Virus record (IMG/VR): IMGVR_UViG_3300000295_000002
Location: 19,700-83,699 of that record
Origin: a virus
Length of the DNA stretch: 64,000 nt
Reading direction: 5' to 3' (one strand)
Below the pieces are notes generated by a model. The model made no database searches. It was not told where the DNA came from and saw only the letters and a list, made by a program, of their open reading frames with translations. Shown here in pieces: positions 1 through 7,849 of the stretch (its first letter is position 1; every line of letters starts with the position of its first letter). The position numbers and the translations under genes are program-made.

Positions 1-136
1 CTCTTGTGCAATTATCCTTGATTTGAACCGTTATAGATTTGCCGTCCTCGCCTACATCAACCCTTGCCAAGAATCTTAGTTTTTGGAGCTGTTTCAGGTT
101 GTCTCGGTGAACCTTTATGCTATATATTACTTTCAT
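1..136 (-). CDS. hypothetical protein, truncated by the left window edge
   Basis: Minus-strand ATG at 136. The open frame MKVIYSIKVHRDNLKQLQKLRF... runs to position 1. It lies just downstream of the 151-195 terminator. Confidence 0.3.
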   Translation of the reverse strand, partial: MKVIYSIKVHRDNLKQLQKLRFLARVDVGEDGKSITVQIKDNCTR

Positions 137-150
137 CTTTCTTTTTTTTG

Positions 151-195
151 TTAAAACCTTGGCGGCAGACTAACTTAATAATCTGACCGCCAAGG
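151..195 (-). terminator. intrinsic terminator downstream of the tRNA cluster
   Basis: CCTTGGCGG (157-165) pairs with CCGCCAAGG (187-195), with an inner CAGA/TCTG extension. On the minus strand the hairpin is followed by TTTTAA. Confidence 0.5.
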
Positions 196-249
196 GAAAA
201 CAGTTTAATTTTAAAATTTAATCATTTCTATACGACAAAGTAAAAAATG

Positions 250-340
250 CGCCCTTAGATGGTATCGAGCCATCTTCTCTACATACTGGTCGGAGCATTA
301 AATATGCGTATGTAGCGCATTACCTAATTGCTTTAAGGGC
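250..340 (-). tRNA. non-canonical tRNA-like gene (enlarged anticodon region, isotype undetermined)
   Basis: Minus strand: acceptor GCCCTTA/TAAGGGC (7 bp), D arm GCA-ATTAGGTAA-TGC, T arm GATGG-CTCGATA-CCATC. The anticodon position is an 8-bp stem (CTACATAC/GTATGTAG) enclosing 21 nt. No 5-bp stem with a 7-nt loop can be drawn. About 91 nt. Confidence 0.45.
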
Positions 341-496
341 AAAACTCAACGACTTATCCCAAGCAGTTGAGAAAAAAATAAATTATTTAAGTAAAACAAA
401 ACACTTAAAAAGTGTCGATTCCAAATAAAGTACAACTACTTTCACAAGCTGTCATACAAGTATGAAAGATAATTAATAATTAAAAAATGTATTGAG

Positions 497-567
497 TAGT
501 TCCAGACTGAATCGAACAATCTCTAAGAGAACCAAAATCTCTTGTGCTACCGTTACACCATAGAACC
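497..567 (-). tRNA. tRNA-Gln (anticodon TTG)
   Basis: 71-nt cloverleaf on the minus strand: acceptor GGTTCTA/TGGAACT (two G-U pairs), D arm GTGT-AACGGTA-GCAC, anticodon arm AGAGA-TTTTGGT-TCTCT, T arm GATTG-TTCGATT-CAGTC. Confidence 0.8.
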
Positions 568-660
568 ATGAAGCATCATATTCTCACGAACTTGATGCTA
601 AGATTTAAAAAGCTAATTAAGCACTTTACCTTATAACCTTATAACCAAAAAAATGAGTGT

Positions 661-731
661 TGCAGAGTGCAGGATTCGAACCTGCGACCTCTAGGACATG
701 AAACTAGCGAGCTACCACTGCTCCAACCTGC
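661..731 (-). tRNA. tRNA with CAT anticodon (Met or lysidine-Ile), slightly atypical acceptor
   Basis: Minus strand: D arm GAGC-AGTGGTA-GCTC, anticodon arm CTAGT-TTCATGT-CCTAG, T arm GCAGG-TTCGAAT-CCTGC. The acceptor GCAGGTT/ACTCTGC pairs at 6 of 7 positions and the acceptor-to-D junction is short. Confidence 0.6.
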
Positions 732-864
732 GATTTGTGCAGCCTATCTTCACAGACAGACTGCATTGCCATCATTGTCAAATTCAAATTCAAATTTTGT
801 TAATTAAAATATAAACAAACAAGTAATCAAATAAAATATTTATGCAAAAACATTTAGAACTTTG

Positions 865-954
865 GAGATATTGTCGGATTCGAACCAACACTTCCATACG
901 ATAAGAACGGTATCTTCAAGTTGTATGACGTGCTTCCGTTTACACTAAATATCT
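865..954 (-). tRNA. non-canonical tRNA-like gene (enlarged anticodon region, isotype undetermined)
   Basis: Minus strand: acceptor AGATATT/AATATCT, D arm GTGT-AAACGGAA-GCAC, T arm GTTGG-TTCGAAT-CCGAC. The anticodon position is a 6-bp stem (TCATAC/GTATGG) enclosing 23 nt (AACTTGAA plus hairpin GATA-CCGTTCT-TATC). Confidence 0.5.
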
Positions 955-1109
955 CTTTGTTGTTATTTAATTAAAGTATTGAGAAGTAATCTCTACTTTA
1001 AGTAGTGTTTAAGTCTCATTCTTTGACTTAACTCTGTTCAGAGTTAGCTAGACTTCTATATTCGTAATAAACGTTGTACTATCTAATAATAATAATAATT
1101 GAAAATTTG

Positions 1110-1209
1110 TGCAGGGAGGCGGAATCGAACCGCCACTATCTCACACGATAAGAAGAGGTATTATCTATTGTGCGAGGTGTGCAAGAATACCACTTACACC
1201 ATACCCTGC
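1110..1209 (-). tRNA. non-canonical tRNA-like gene (enlarged D loop and anticodon region)
   Basis: Minus strand: acceptor GCAGGGT/TCCCTGC, D arm GTGTA-AGTGGTATTCT-TGCAC, T arm GGCGG-TTCGATT-CCGCC. The anticodon position is a 7-bp stem (CTCGCAC/GTGTGAG) enclosing 23 nt (AATA plus hairpin GATAA-TACCTCTTC-TTATC). About 100 nt. Confidence 0.5.
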
Positions 1210-1644
1210 TGTTTTATGTACCTAAAACCATGGAACTTTCTGTCGTTTGTGAATGCCACGATATTAATCGTTTCCGTATTCCCGATACAGCTAGCATTGA
1301 CGTTCCGTATGACACTCCATACATATTATAAATATCTTACACGTAAGATGGCAATAATACATACTTCGACTAGAATACTACATAGCAAACGATACAGACC
1401 TATATTATGCCCTTTGCTTGTGCTGATGTTTCAGCATAGTTCATCGGTATAGTCTATGTAATATCTGTTACTGACTAGTTTTTCGTATGTCGTGCGTCCT
1501 TTTCGCCAGGTCACGGCATCCATTGATGCTCTCCGGCTACTTCTTTTCCACGCATACTATATTCTGTGCGTCAATATGTCAAAGAACTCTTCTCTAGCTT
1601 TCAGTTTCATCACTTATAGTGATAATCTGATTCTAAAAGAATTG

Positions 1645-1718
1645 CGGTTTCAGCAGGATTCGAACCTACGACCTATCGGTTAACAGCCGACCGCTCTAAC
1701 CATCTGAGCTATGAAACC
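1645..1718 (-). tRNA. tRNA-Asn (anticodon GTT)
   Basis: Canonical 74-nt cloverleaf: acceptor GGTTTCA/TGAAACC, D arm GCTC-AGATGGTTA-GAGC, anticodon arm GTCGG-CTGTTAA-CCGAT, T arm GTAGG-TTCGAAT-CCTGC. Confidence 0.9.
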
Positions 1719-1797
1719 ATATTGGGCGAGTTAAAATATGTGCGAAAGTAAAAAACTCGCCCATCCACCACACTTGGTGATATTAAACAACAGAACT

Positions 1798-2007
1798 CTA
1801 ATATATACGATGGCTTTCAAGCAGATTATCTATATCGCTTGCGAGGAAGAATGCAGAATGACCTATCATGCAGTGTGGTAGCTTTCCGCTCTTTCTCAAC
1901 TCAACTATGAACGACTTTCCCATACCTATGTATGATGCAGCTTCATCAGTTGATAGCCATTTCTTAGCAATCTTTTCGACCACTACTTTCTTCTTCGGTG
2001 TTGCCAT
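1798..2007 (-). CDS. excisionase-like / MerR-type helix-turn-helix DNA-binding protein
   Basis: 69-aa ORF. WLSTDEAASYIGMGKSFIVELRKSGKLPH is a typical short Xis/AlpA-like HTH. It sits beside the integrase module. Confidence 0.6.
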   Translation of the reverse strand: MATPKKKVVVEKIAKKWLSTDEAASYIGMGKSFIVELRKSGKLPHCMIGHSAFFLASDIDNLLESHRIY

Positions 2008-2022
2008 TTTATTATTCTCCTA

Positions 2023-2373
2023 TTACTTTTCAAGCATCCTTTGCAGAAATGCTTTTTCGTTTTCTAGGCATTGTACTCGTTCTTCAAGTCTTGCCTTTTC
2101 GATTCGTAATTGTGTTGCGTCATCTATCTGACCTATCATTACAGGTGCATCACCTTTTCCGTAGGCGAGCCATTGTAAATCAACCTTTAGGTTAGAGCAA
2201 ATAGCCATCATAGCTGCCTTGGTAAAATTCTGCTTACCTCTTAGCATCTTTGATAGGTTAGAGCAATCGAGACCAACATCAACCGAAAACGACCTTGTGG
2301 ACTTGTAGTTGCCCAACTCTATAACCTTTGCAACCCTCTGACGAACCTCTTCCTGATTATATTCTATCTTCAT
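2023..2373 (-). CDS. XRE/CI-like HTH transcriptional regulator
   Basis: ORF 2023..2403, with the start probably at MKIEYNQ (2373). HTH-like segment SFSVDVGLDCSNLSKMLRGK, WLAYGKG motif and a C-terminal coiled coil. Divergent from 2650..3099. Confidence 0.55.
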   Translation of the reverse strand: MKIEYNQEEVRQRVAKVIELGNYKSTRSFSVDVGLDCSNLSKMLRGKQNFTKAAMMAICSNLKVDLQWLAYGKGDAPVMIGQIDDATQLRIEKARLEERVQCLENEKAFLQRMLEK

Positions 2374-2432
2374 TATTTTCTTAAAATAACTATATTTAAC
2401 CAAAAAAGTTTGGTGGAATGAAGTTAAATAAC

Positions 2433-2440
2433 TATCTTTG
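2433..2440 (+). promoter_or_regulatory. Bacteroidota -7 promoter box (TATCTTTG), rightward
   Basis: Matches the TAnnTTTG consensus. Points toward 2650..3099. Confidence 0.4.
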
Positions 2441-2521
2441 CAGTGGATAAATAGCTTAGACGGTGTTTTAAACTCCGTCCCACCTTTTTCGTCTATCAGT
2501 GTTGTAACTGATTAACGATTG

Positions 2522-2529
2522 CAAAGGTA
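2522..2529 (-). promoter_or_regulatory. Bacteroidota -7 promoter box (TACCTTTG), leftward
   Basis: The reverse complement of caaaggta matches TAnnTTTG. Points toward 2023..2373. It lies to the right of the rightward box, so the two transcripts would overlap. Confidence 0.4.
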
Positions 2530-2649
2530 CGGAAATAACCTCAAATAACCAAACTTTTCGAAGAGAAAGTTTTGTTATTCTTGGTTATTTAACCTTTGTT
2601 TACGAAAGGTGGCGCATAATGTGTAATTTCTAAACAGATTTTAAGAATT

Positions 2650-3099
2650 ATGAATGATATTGCGAAGAACTTAAAGTTTTGCTTCGACATAAGTAAATTC
2701 AAGTCGATGTCTCAGTTTTGCAAGGTAATAGGTATAGACCAAGCTAATCTCAGCAAGAAGATGAGCGAAAGTAATACCAAGTATTCTTTCAACAAGAATG
2801 ATATTCAAAAGATTTGCTACAATCTAGGTCTGAGAAAAGAATGGCTAGTAAATTCTGATGGCGATATGTTTGATGATAAAGCTGCCGTTAGTCCAAGTGA
2901 CTGGGTTTTTGGTAAAGATAGAACACCTAATATAAATATGGTGAACGAAGAAAACGCCCACCACAACAAACAGATAATTGGAGACTTCTCAGAGAGCGAA
3001 ATCAATCTGTTGCGTGAGCAGGTGGCAGACCTGCGCAAGCAAGTAGAGAGCAAGGATGCTCAAATCAAGCAGCTAATGGATTTGCTTGCAAAGAAGTAG
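2650..3099 (+). CDS. HTH transcriptional regulator (Cro/CI-like partner)
   Basis: 149 aa. SMSQFCKVIGIDQANLSKKM is HTH-like, with a WLVNSDG motif paralleling its divergent neighbour. C-terminal coiled coil LREQVADLRKQVESKDAQIKQLMDLL. Confidence 0.55.
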   Translation: MNDIAKNLKFCFDISKFKSMSQFCKVIGIDQANLSKKMSESNTKYSFNKNDIQKICYNLGLRKEWLVNSDGDMFDDKAAVSPSDWVFGKDRTPNINMVNEENAHHNKQIIGDFSESEINLLREQVADLRKQVESKDAQIKQLMDLLAKK

Positions 3100-3101
3100 G
3101 A

Positions 3102-3124
3102 ATGCAAGTAATATGCAAGTAAGG
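3102..3124 (+). repeat. tandem ATGCAAGTAA boxes (copy set 1)
   Basis: atgcaagtaat-atgcaagtaag. The 16-mer GCAAGTAATATGCAAG recurs at 3341-3356. Confidence 0.6.
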
Positions 3125-3338
3125 TATAATTTTAACACAATATGAAAACAAAGAAACTATCAGTAAACACTATATGTGTGAGGGGTGGATATACCCCAAA
3201 AAATGGTGAGCCTATTGAGCTTCACTTAACGCGATAAGCATTCACACTGAGTATCAATACGTTACGAGATTTAACGAGTAAAATATAAAGTAAAAAATGC
3301 CCGAAAAGCCCCGTAAATATGATAAAAACTGATAGACT

Positions 3339-3360
3339 TTGCAAGTAATATGCAAGCTAA
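3339..3360 (+). repeat. tandem (A/T)TGCAAG boxes (copy set 2) just upstream of int
   Basis: ttgcaagtaat-atgcaagctaa. Same 16-mer as at 3103-3118. Confidence 0.6.
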
Positions 3361-3374
3361 TAGGAGATAGAATT

Positions 3375-4541
3375 ATGAAGGTTTACGTTGAAGACAAGAC
3401 ATATAAGGTGTATTTCTCCATCACTCATAAGTGTAAGAGATTCTATATATACACAGGATTGCAATCGACAGAGAAGTTTGATGGTATGGTATTTCCTCGT
3501 TCAGACAAGTCTGCAAAGGCAAAAACTAAGCGACTGGCAGAGCTATATTCAAGCGTGGAAGACTATATACTGCTGCACAAGGGTGAGGACGTTCCGATGC
3601 TAAAAAGCCATCTGAAAGAGATTATAAAGGGTGGCAAGGTAGCTGAGAAGAATTTCCTCGACTATATGCAGATGTGTGCAGATTTCAAGAATTTGAAAGC
3701 TGGCACGAAGAGAGTATATGATGTGACCATCATCAGAATTAGAAATTTTGATGCTAAGTGTACATTTGATACCATCACTAGAGACTGGCTCGATAAGTTT
3801 GTGAAGCATGAATATGAAAGAGGACGGATGCCTAACGGAGTTCATATTGATTTGAGAAATATCAAGGCAACATTCAATTGGGCAATTGATAATGAGATAA
3901 CAACCCTATTCCCATTCCGTAAGTACGTACTTCCACATGAGGAAACAAGAAAGCGTTGTTTATCTCTAGAACAGATGAGACAGTTGCGTGATGCAGAGTT
4001 CCACACTAACCCTCAACGTGAATCAAGGGATTTGTTCATGCTAGGTTTCTATTTGATTGGTATCAATATATCAGACCTTCTCGATTTGAAGCAAACAGAC
4101 CTTCGTGGTGGCAGAATATGCTACAAGCGCAACAAGACGGGACGATTGTATGATATAAAGGTAGAACCAGAGGCGTTGGAGATTATAAAGCGATACAAAG
4201 GAAATAAATACCTTTTAAAGTATAAGGACAGCAGTAAGTTCAACCTCAAACACTTTGAGAGCAATTTGAATTTCAGACTTAAAAGGTTAGGTAAATTCAG
4301 AGAATATAGTAAAGAACCGATGTTCCCTTATCTTTCCACCTACTATAATCGCCATACGTGGGCAACGCTAGCAAGCGAGATTGATATACCGATGGAAGTT
4401 ATAGGCAGGGCATTAGGTCATGCGATGTGGGATAATGCGGTAACATCAACCTACATTAAATATGATACAAAGAAGATTGATGAAGCCAACAGAAAGGTTA
4501 TTGATTACCTTAACAAAGATTTAGAAGATACAGATTTATAA
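3375..4541 (+). CDS. int: tyrosine recombinase / phage integrase
   Basis: ORF 3339..4541, with a likely start at MKVYVED (3375). The C-terminal catalytic region has R..HTWATLA, LGH and a terminal Y (TSTYIKY), typical of Bacteroidota phage integrases. Confidence 0.9.
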   Translation: MKVYVEDKTYKVYFSITHKCKRFYIYTGLQSTEKFDGMVFPRSDKSAKAKTKRLAELYSSVEDYILLHKGEDVPMLKSHLKEIIKGGKVAEKNFLDYMQMCADFKNLKAGTKRVYDVTIIRIRNFDAKCTFDTITRDWLDKFVKHEYERGRMPNGVHIDLRNIKATFNWAIDNEITTLFPFRKYVLPHEETRKRCLSLEQMRQLRDAEFHTNPQRESRDLFMLGFYLIGINISDLLDLKQTDLRGGRICYKRNKTGRLYDIKVEPEALEIIKRYKGNKYLLKYKDSSKFNLKHFESNLNFRLKRLGKFREYSKEPMFPYLSTYYNRHTWATLASEIDIPMEVIGRALGHAMWDNAVTSTYIKYDTKKIDEANRKVIDYLNKDLEDTDL

Positions 4542-4569
4542 TTATTACAATTAAAAGAGCAAATAAAAA

Positions 4570-4594
4570 GGGAGGCTACGAACCTCCCTTTCTT
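4570..4594. terminator. bidirectional hairpin terminator
   Basis: GGGAGG-ctacgaa-CCTCCC, flanked by an A-run upstream and TTTCTT downstream. Lies between convergent genes. Confidence 0.6.
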
Positions 4595-4595
4595 G

Positions 4596-4889
4596 CTATT
4601 TATCCGATAGAATAGTTTCTATCTTCTTACGGTAATCAACAGAGCCGTCAATGAATGCGTGCATAAACAGAATACTATCGCTTATTGGTAAGCTGATAGG
4701 CTCGTTGATGAAGTCCTTTGTGACTTCCGAGTTATTCACCAATGCGGCAACAAGACGTTTCTTTTCGTAATTAAAACCTTGTGTAAATCCTGCGGCGAAT
4801 GGTGTAAGCGAGTGAAAGAATGGTGTTGGTTCTTCACTCAGATTTTGCAGTCTCTGTTTCAGAGTCATTTCCTTTGTCTTTTCCATCAT
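4596..4889 (-). CDS. hypothetical protein
   Basis: ORF 4596..4958. An internal start (MMEKTKEM) is more compatible with the upstream gene ending at 4834. Confidence 0.5.
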   Translation of the reverse strand: MMEKTKEMTLKQRLQNLSEEPTPFFHSLTPFAAGFTQGFNYEKKRLVAALVNNSEVTKDFINEPISLPISDSILFMHAFIDGSVDYRKKIETILSDK

Positions 4890-5346
4890 TATTTTTCTTT
4901 TTAATTTCTTCCTCCATTTTATGTAAGCGTTCAACCTCTTGCTCATAGATGTTGTCAATCGCGTCAGAATACTTTAGGTATTGTGTAAGGCTCTTCTTGC
5001 GCTGCATAAACTCAGCCTTATTCTTATACTTCATACCTTGTAATGCGGTCAGTCTGTGACGCTGCATTTCAAGTTGCAGCTCATCGCAAAACCACACCAT
5101 ATTCTGCACAGCTTTTTTCTCCTTACTCTGTATTTCCCTTGAGAGGTTAACAAGAGCTTTGTATCTTCTGTTCTCCACGCTTATTATCAGTTTGAATATT
5201 ACCCAACTGAATACGAATGCAATCCAAACAAATGCAACACCAAAATTGCCAATACAAGCGTAGAATATTGCAAACGTAACACCCAATAACATTTCTGCAT
5301 AGTAAATATCGAACCATCCGAAACGCTTCTTAATCATTTTCTTCAT
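4834..5346 (-). CDS. membrane protein (two predicted TM helices) with coiled-coil tail
   Basis: ORF 4834..5505. Start taken at MKKMIKKRFGW (5346), next to the stop of 5330..6253. Hydrophobic stretches LLGVTFAIFYACIGNFGVAFVWIAFVFSWVIF. Confidence 0.55.
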   Translation of the reverse strand: MKKMIKKRFGWFDIYYAEMLLGVTFAIFYACIGNFGVAFVWIAFVFSWVIFKLIISVENRRYKALVNLSREIQSKEKKAVQNMVWFCDELQLEMQRHRLTALQGMKYKNKAEFMQRKKSLTQYLKYSDAIDNIYEQEVERLHKMEEEIKKKNNDGKDKGNDSETETAKSE

Positions 5347-6253
5347 GTCTTTTGTTTGATAAATTATTGTTGAGACGAATATAGAAATCCTCATCACTCT
5401 CTCCATTCTGCTTAAAGCTAAGATTGTTCTCTTCGATAAAGTCAAGAATAATCCATATACTCTTTTTGCCGAGATTCCTAATCTTATCCAAATCAGACTT
5501 ACCATGGAATTTGCGGAGTAAATCGCCTACGGTATATACGTCGCACCATCTGAACATATTCAGAATACGAACAGGAAAGCCACAGTCGTTTACATCTTTA
5601 CCAAGTATTAATGGTGGAAGTATCGTTCCACCGATAGGAGTATCACCTTTTGCACGTCTGTATTCATCATAACTAGCTTGTGTTGCTTTTAGTTTCTTCT
5701 TTAAACCATCAATCACGATTCTCAAATCTTGATTTGTAGCAATCTCGGCAATGGCGGCATCCTCGTTGTACGTCAGCTTATTGCACGTCTTCTCTACAAT
5801 CTGTCTGATTCTAGTTGCTGATACGCCATACTTGAGTGACAACTCATCATAGGTCATTCCGTTAATTATGTCCTTTAGCAACTTAGATTCACGATAACTG
5901 AGTTTTGGAGTGATGCCAAGATACGACATAGCGTTTATTACGCCAAAAAGCATACCAACAGCGTTGGCAGCCAGTTTGCCGTTTGCGGTTGCTCTGTTTC
6001 TCAACTCGGTAAGTTCAACGTTTATTGCACGCTTGTGCGCTTCAACTTCTTTGAGCTTATCATCTATCATCTTTTCGTTGGCTGCAAGCATCTTGTACTT
6101 CTGGGCGTATTTTTCAACGTCCTCGCTGTTTACATACAAGATACCATGCTCGCCTACACAACTACCAATGAGACCTTGCTCGATGTAGTTACTAATAGTC
6201 TGTCTAGATAAGCCAAGTATCTCGGCAGCTTTGTTTCTTGTGATTCTAGCCAT
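5330..6253 (-). CDS. multi-HTH DNA-binding protein (Xis/MerR-like N-term, LuxR/sigma-70 region-4-like middle, RpoA alpha-CTD-like C-term)
   Basis: N-term ITRNKAAEILGLSRQTISNYIEQG. Middle LSYRESKLLKDIINGMTYDELSLKYGVSATRIRQIVEK. C-term FPVRILNMFRWCDVYTVGDLL...IRNLGKKSIWIILDFI, a helix-hairpin-helix as in the RNAP alpha CTD. Confidence 0.7.
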   Translation of the reverse strand: MARITRNKAAEILGLSRQTISNYIEQGLIGSCVGEHGILYVNSEDVEKYAQKYKMLAANEKMIDDKLKEVEAHKRAINVELTELRNRATANGKLAANAVGMLFGVINAMSYLGITPKLSYRESKLLKDIINGMTYDELSLKYGVSATRIRQIVEKTCNKLTYNEDAAIAEIATNQDLRIVIDGLKKKLKATQASYDEYRRAKGDTPIGGTILPPLILGKDVNDCGFPVRILNMFRWCDVYTVGDLLRKFHGKSDLDKIRNLGKKSIWIILDFIEENNLSFKQNGESDEDFYIRLNNNLSNKRHEEND

Positions 6254-6269
6254 ATAACCAACTCTTTTA

Positions 6270-6410
6270 TTATTTCAGATTTGAATCTGCTAATCTCAGC
6301 TCTAACTGTTGTATAATGTTGTCGATTGTCTTTCCCTTATAGTCAATGGCAATCTTCTTCAATGTTGCAATCTGAGCCATAATATTAATTTTATCCCCTG
6401 CTGTCATCAT
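6270..6410 (-). CDS. small hypothetical protein
   Basis: ORF 6270..6479. Start taken at MMTAGDK (6410), after the stop of 6427..6777. Confidence 0.35.
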   Translation of the reverse strand: MMTAGDKINIMAQIATLKKIAIDYKGKTIDNIIQQLELRLADSNLK

Positions 6411-6426
6411 AATCAATATTTGTTTA

Positions 6427-6777
6427 TTAAGATGCGGTGCTTGCAAAGTTGTAGTGTACAACATAAACATAACCGCCATACATTTTTCCGTAAGTAACCT
6501 CTATGAAGTCAAAGATAATATCTCCACAATCCTTGTATGGAATCAAAGGTTCAGTAGGGAATGCTTTATATTTCGTATAATAACTACTTACTTCTTGTGA
6601 AAGCAACTGCTTAAAAATATCCACTTCTCCATACTTTGTGAATACACCTTTGAACTCGTTTTCATTGTCTATAGCAACAACTACTCCAAGTTCTTTCTTG
6701 ATACGTACACCCTCATATTCGTTGCGAACGCCGTTAAATATTGTTGATGTAGTAAGAATCCCTTTAATCTCTTCCAT
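6427..6777 (-). CDS. hypothetical protein
   Basis: 116-aa ORF in the operon frame, tightly packed with its neighbours. Confidence 0.6.
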   Translation of the reverse strand: MEEIKGILTTSTIFNGVRNEYEGVRIKKELGVVVAIDNENEFKGVFTKYGEVDIFKQLLSQEVSSYYTKYKAFPTEPLIPYKDCGDIIFDFIEVTYGKMYGGYVYVVHYNFASTAS

Positions 6778-6780
6778 ATA

Positions 6781-6903
6781 TCAATTTCTTAAAATGTGAA
6801 CACTAACAGCCTTGTTTACTGCATTAGGCTGCGACTCATTAAAACTCTTGATAAAGTTACGTTCCATTTCTTCAGGAAACATAGCTTTTTTCGGTTTCGG
6901 CAT
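6781..6903 (-). CDS. small hypothetical protein (40 aa)
   Basis: Hand-translated: MPKPKKAMFPEEMERNFIKSFNESQPNAVNKAVSVHILRN. Its stop lies 3 nt before the ATG at 6777. Confidence 0.25.
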   Translation of the reverse strand: MPKPKKAMFPEEMERNFIKSFNESQPNAVNKAVSVHILRN

Positions 6904-7012
6904 TGATAACGTGCCTACTACTTTGTACCCACCCGTAGTGTAATCACACACTTACGAGTGATTGTCTCTTCTCCAAACATATTATTCTGTTTTATATTTA
7001 ATTATTTAACGT

Positions 7013-7696
7013 TCAAACTAATTGCAAGTACTTCTCAGAATATTTCTTTCTAAGATACTCTAATACGTGGTTATATGATTTAAGAAAACCATCATTAATA
7101 AGCATAGCTACTTGTCTCTCCATATTAAACAATTCGTATTGTTTAACTTCTTCTCCTTGTTTGTTTCTCATTTCGTGTTCATGCTTTCCGAACACAACGC
7201 AATTTATTGCTTTTGCTATTTTGCACATAGCTGCTGACATAAACTTCTTACTAACAATTTTACTGATAGCAGAACCAAGCTCTTTGTACGCATCGCCTGC
7301 ATCGTTTCTATATTTCAACATTTGGTCGTACACAAACTTTATAACTTGAACCTCAAATCGTGGATTGAGCCACATTGCGAATTTAACAAAGAGAATAGGG
7401 TGCATCCAAGTACCTCCACCTCTATCAGACCTTGCTTTCGATTTTACATACACAGAATTTTGGGTATGTAGATTTTCTTCCTCCATCAAAGCATTGATGA
7501 ACTCCTTGATTCCTTTGTTATTGAAGAAATCATCAAGGTCTTTCTTTACATACCCAACTTTTTGGGTATCATCATTATGCTCAACAAACTCATTCCATTG
7601 TTTGAGCAAGTTTGTAGCATTGAACATACTATCTTTTGTTCTTTGCTCGACCAAAAAATTACCCATTGGTCTCTTCATTACTTGATTTGTAATCAT
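7013..7696 (-). CDS. KilA-N domain protein
   Basis: ORF 7013..7840, with the start probably at MITNQVMK (7696). GTWMHPILFVKFAMWLNPRFEVQVIKFV is the characteristic KilA-N core. Confidence 0.8.
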   Translation of the reverse strand: MITNQVMKRPMGNFLVEQRTKDSMFNATNLLKQWNEFVEHNDDTQKVGYVKKDLDDFFNNKGIKEFINALMEEENLHTQNSVYVKSKARSDRGGGTWMHPILFVKFAMWLNPRFEVQVIKFVYDQMLKYRNDAGDAYKELGSAISKIVSKKFMSAAMCKIAKAINCVVFGKHEHEMRNKQGEEVKQYELFNMERQVAMLINDGFLKSYNHVLEYLRKKYSEKYLQLV

Positions 7697-7849
7697 CTTC
7701 CCTATATTTAATGATTTATAATTAATATTGTTCCTTATAAAAAGGTTATATGAAACAGGCAATAGACCTCTGAGAGAGTGGTTCTCCCCCTTACCCCCAT
7801 CATTCATTGAAACGATGAGAGTTTGGAAGGAATATTCCACTCGAAGTTA

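Noticed and set aside
1099-1683. Plus-strand ORFs 1099..1452 and 1492..1683
   Set aside because: They run antisense across tRNA and tRNA-like genes and AT-rich spacers. Their composition is not protein-like.
1645-1718. tRNA-Asn as the prophage attachment site (attL/attR)
   Set aside because: The 3' end of the tRNA (the usual integration target) faces away from the integrase and the phage genes, and more tRNA genes lie beyond it. The tRNAs are more simply part of the phage genome. No host flank is visible in the window.
6918-6980. 20-codon ORF after the KilA-N gene ending in two consecutive TAG codons, as a possible read-through or pseudogene fused to 6781..6903
   Set aside because: The downstream ORF is in a different frame. 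Two tandem TAGs argue against read-through. There is not enough evidence either way.
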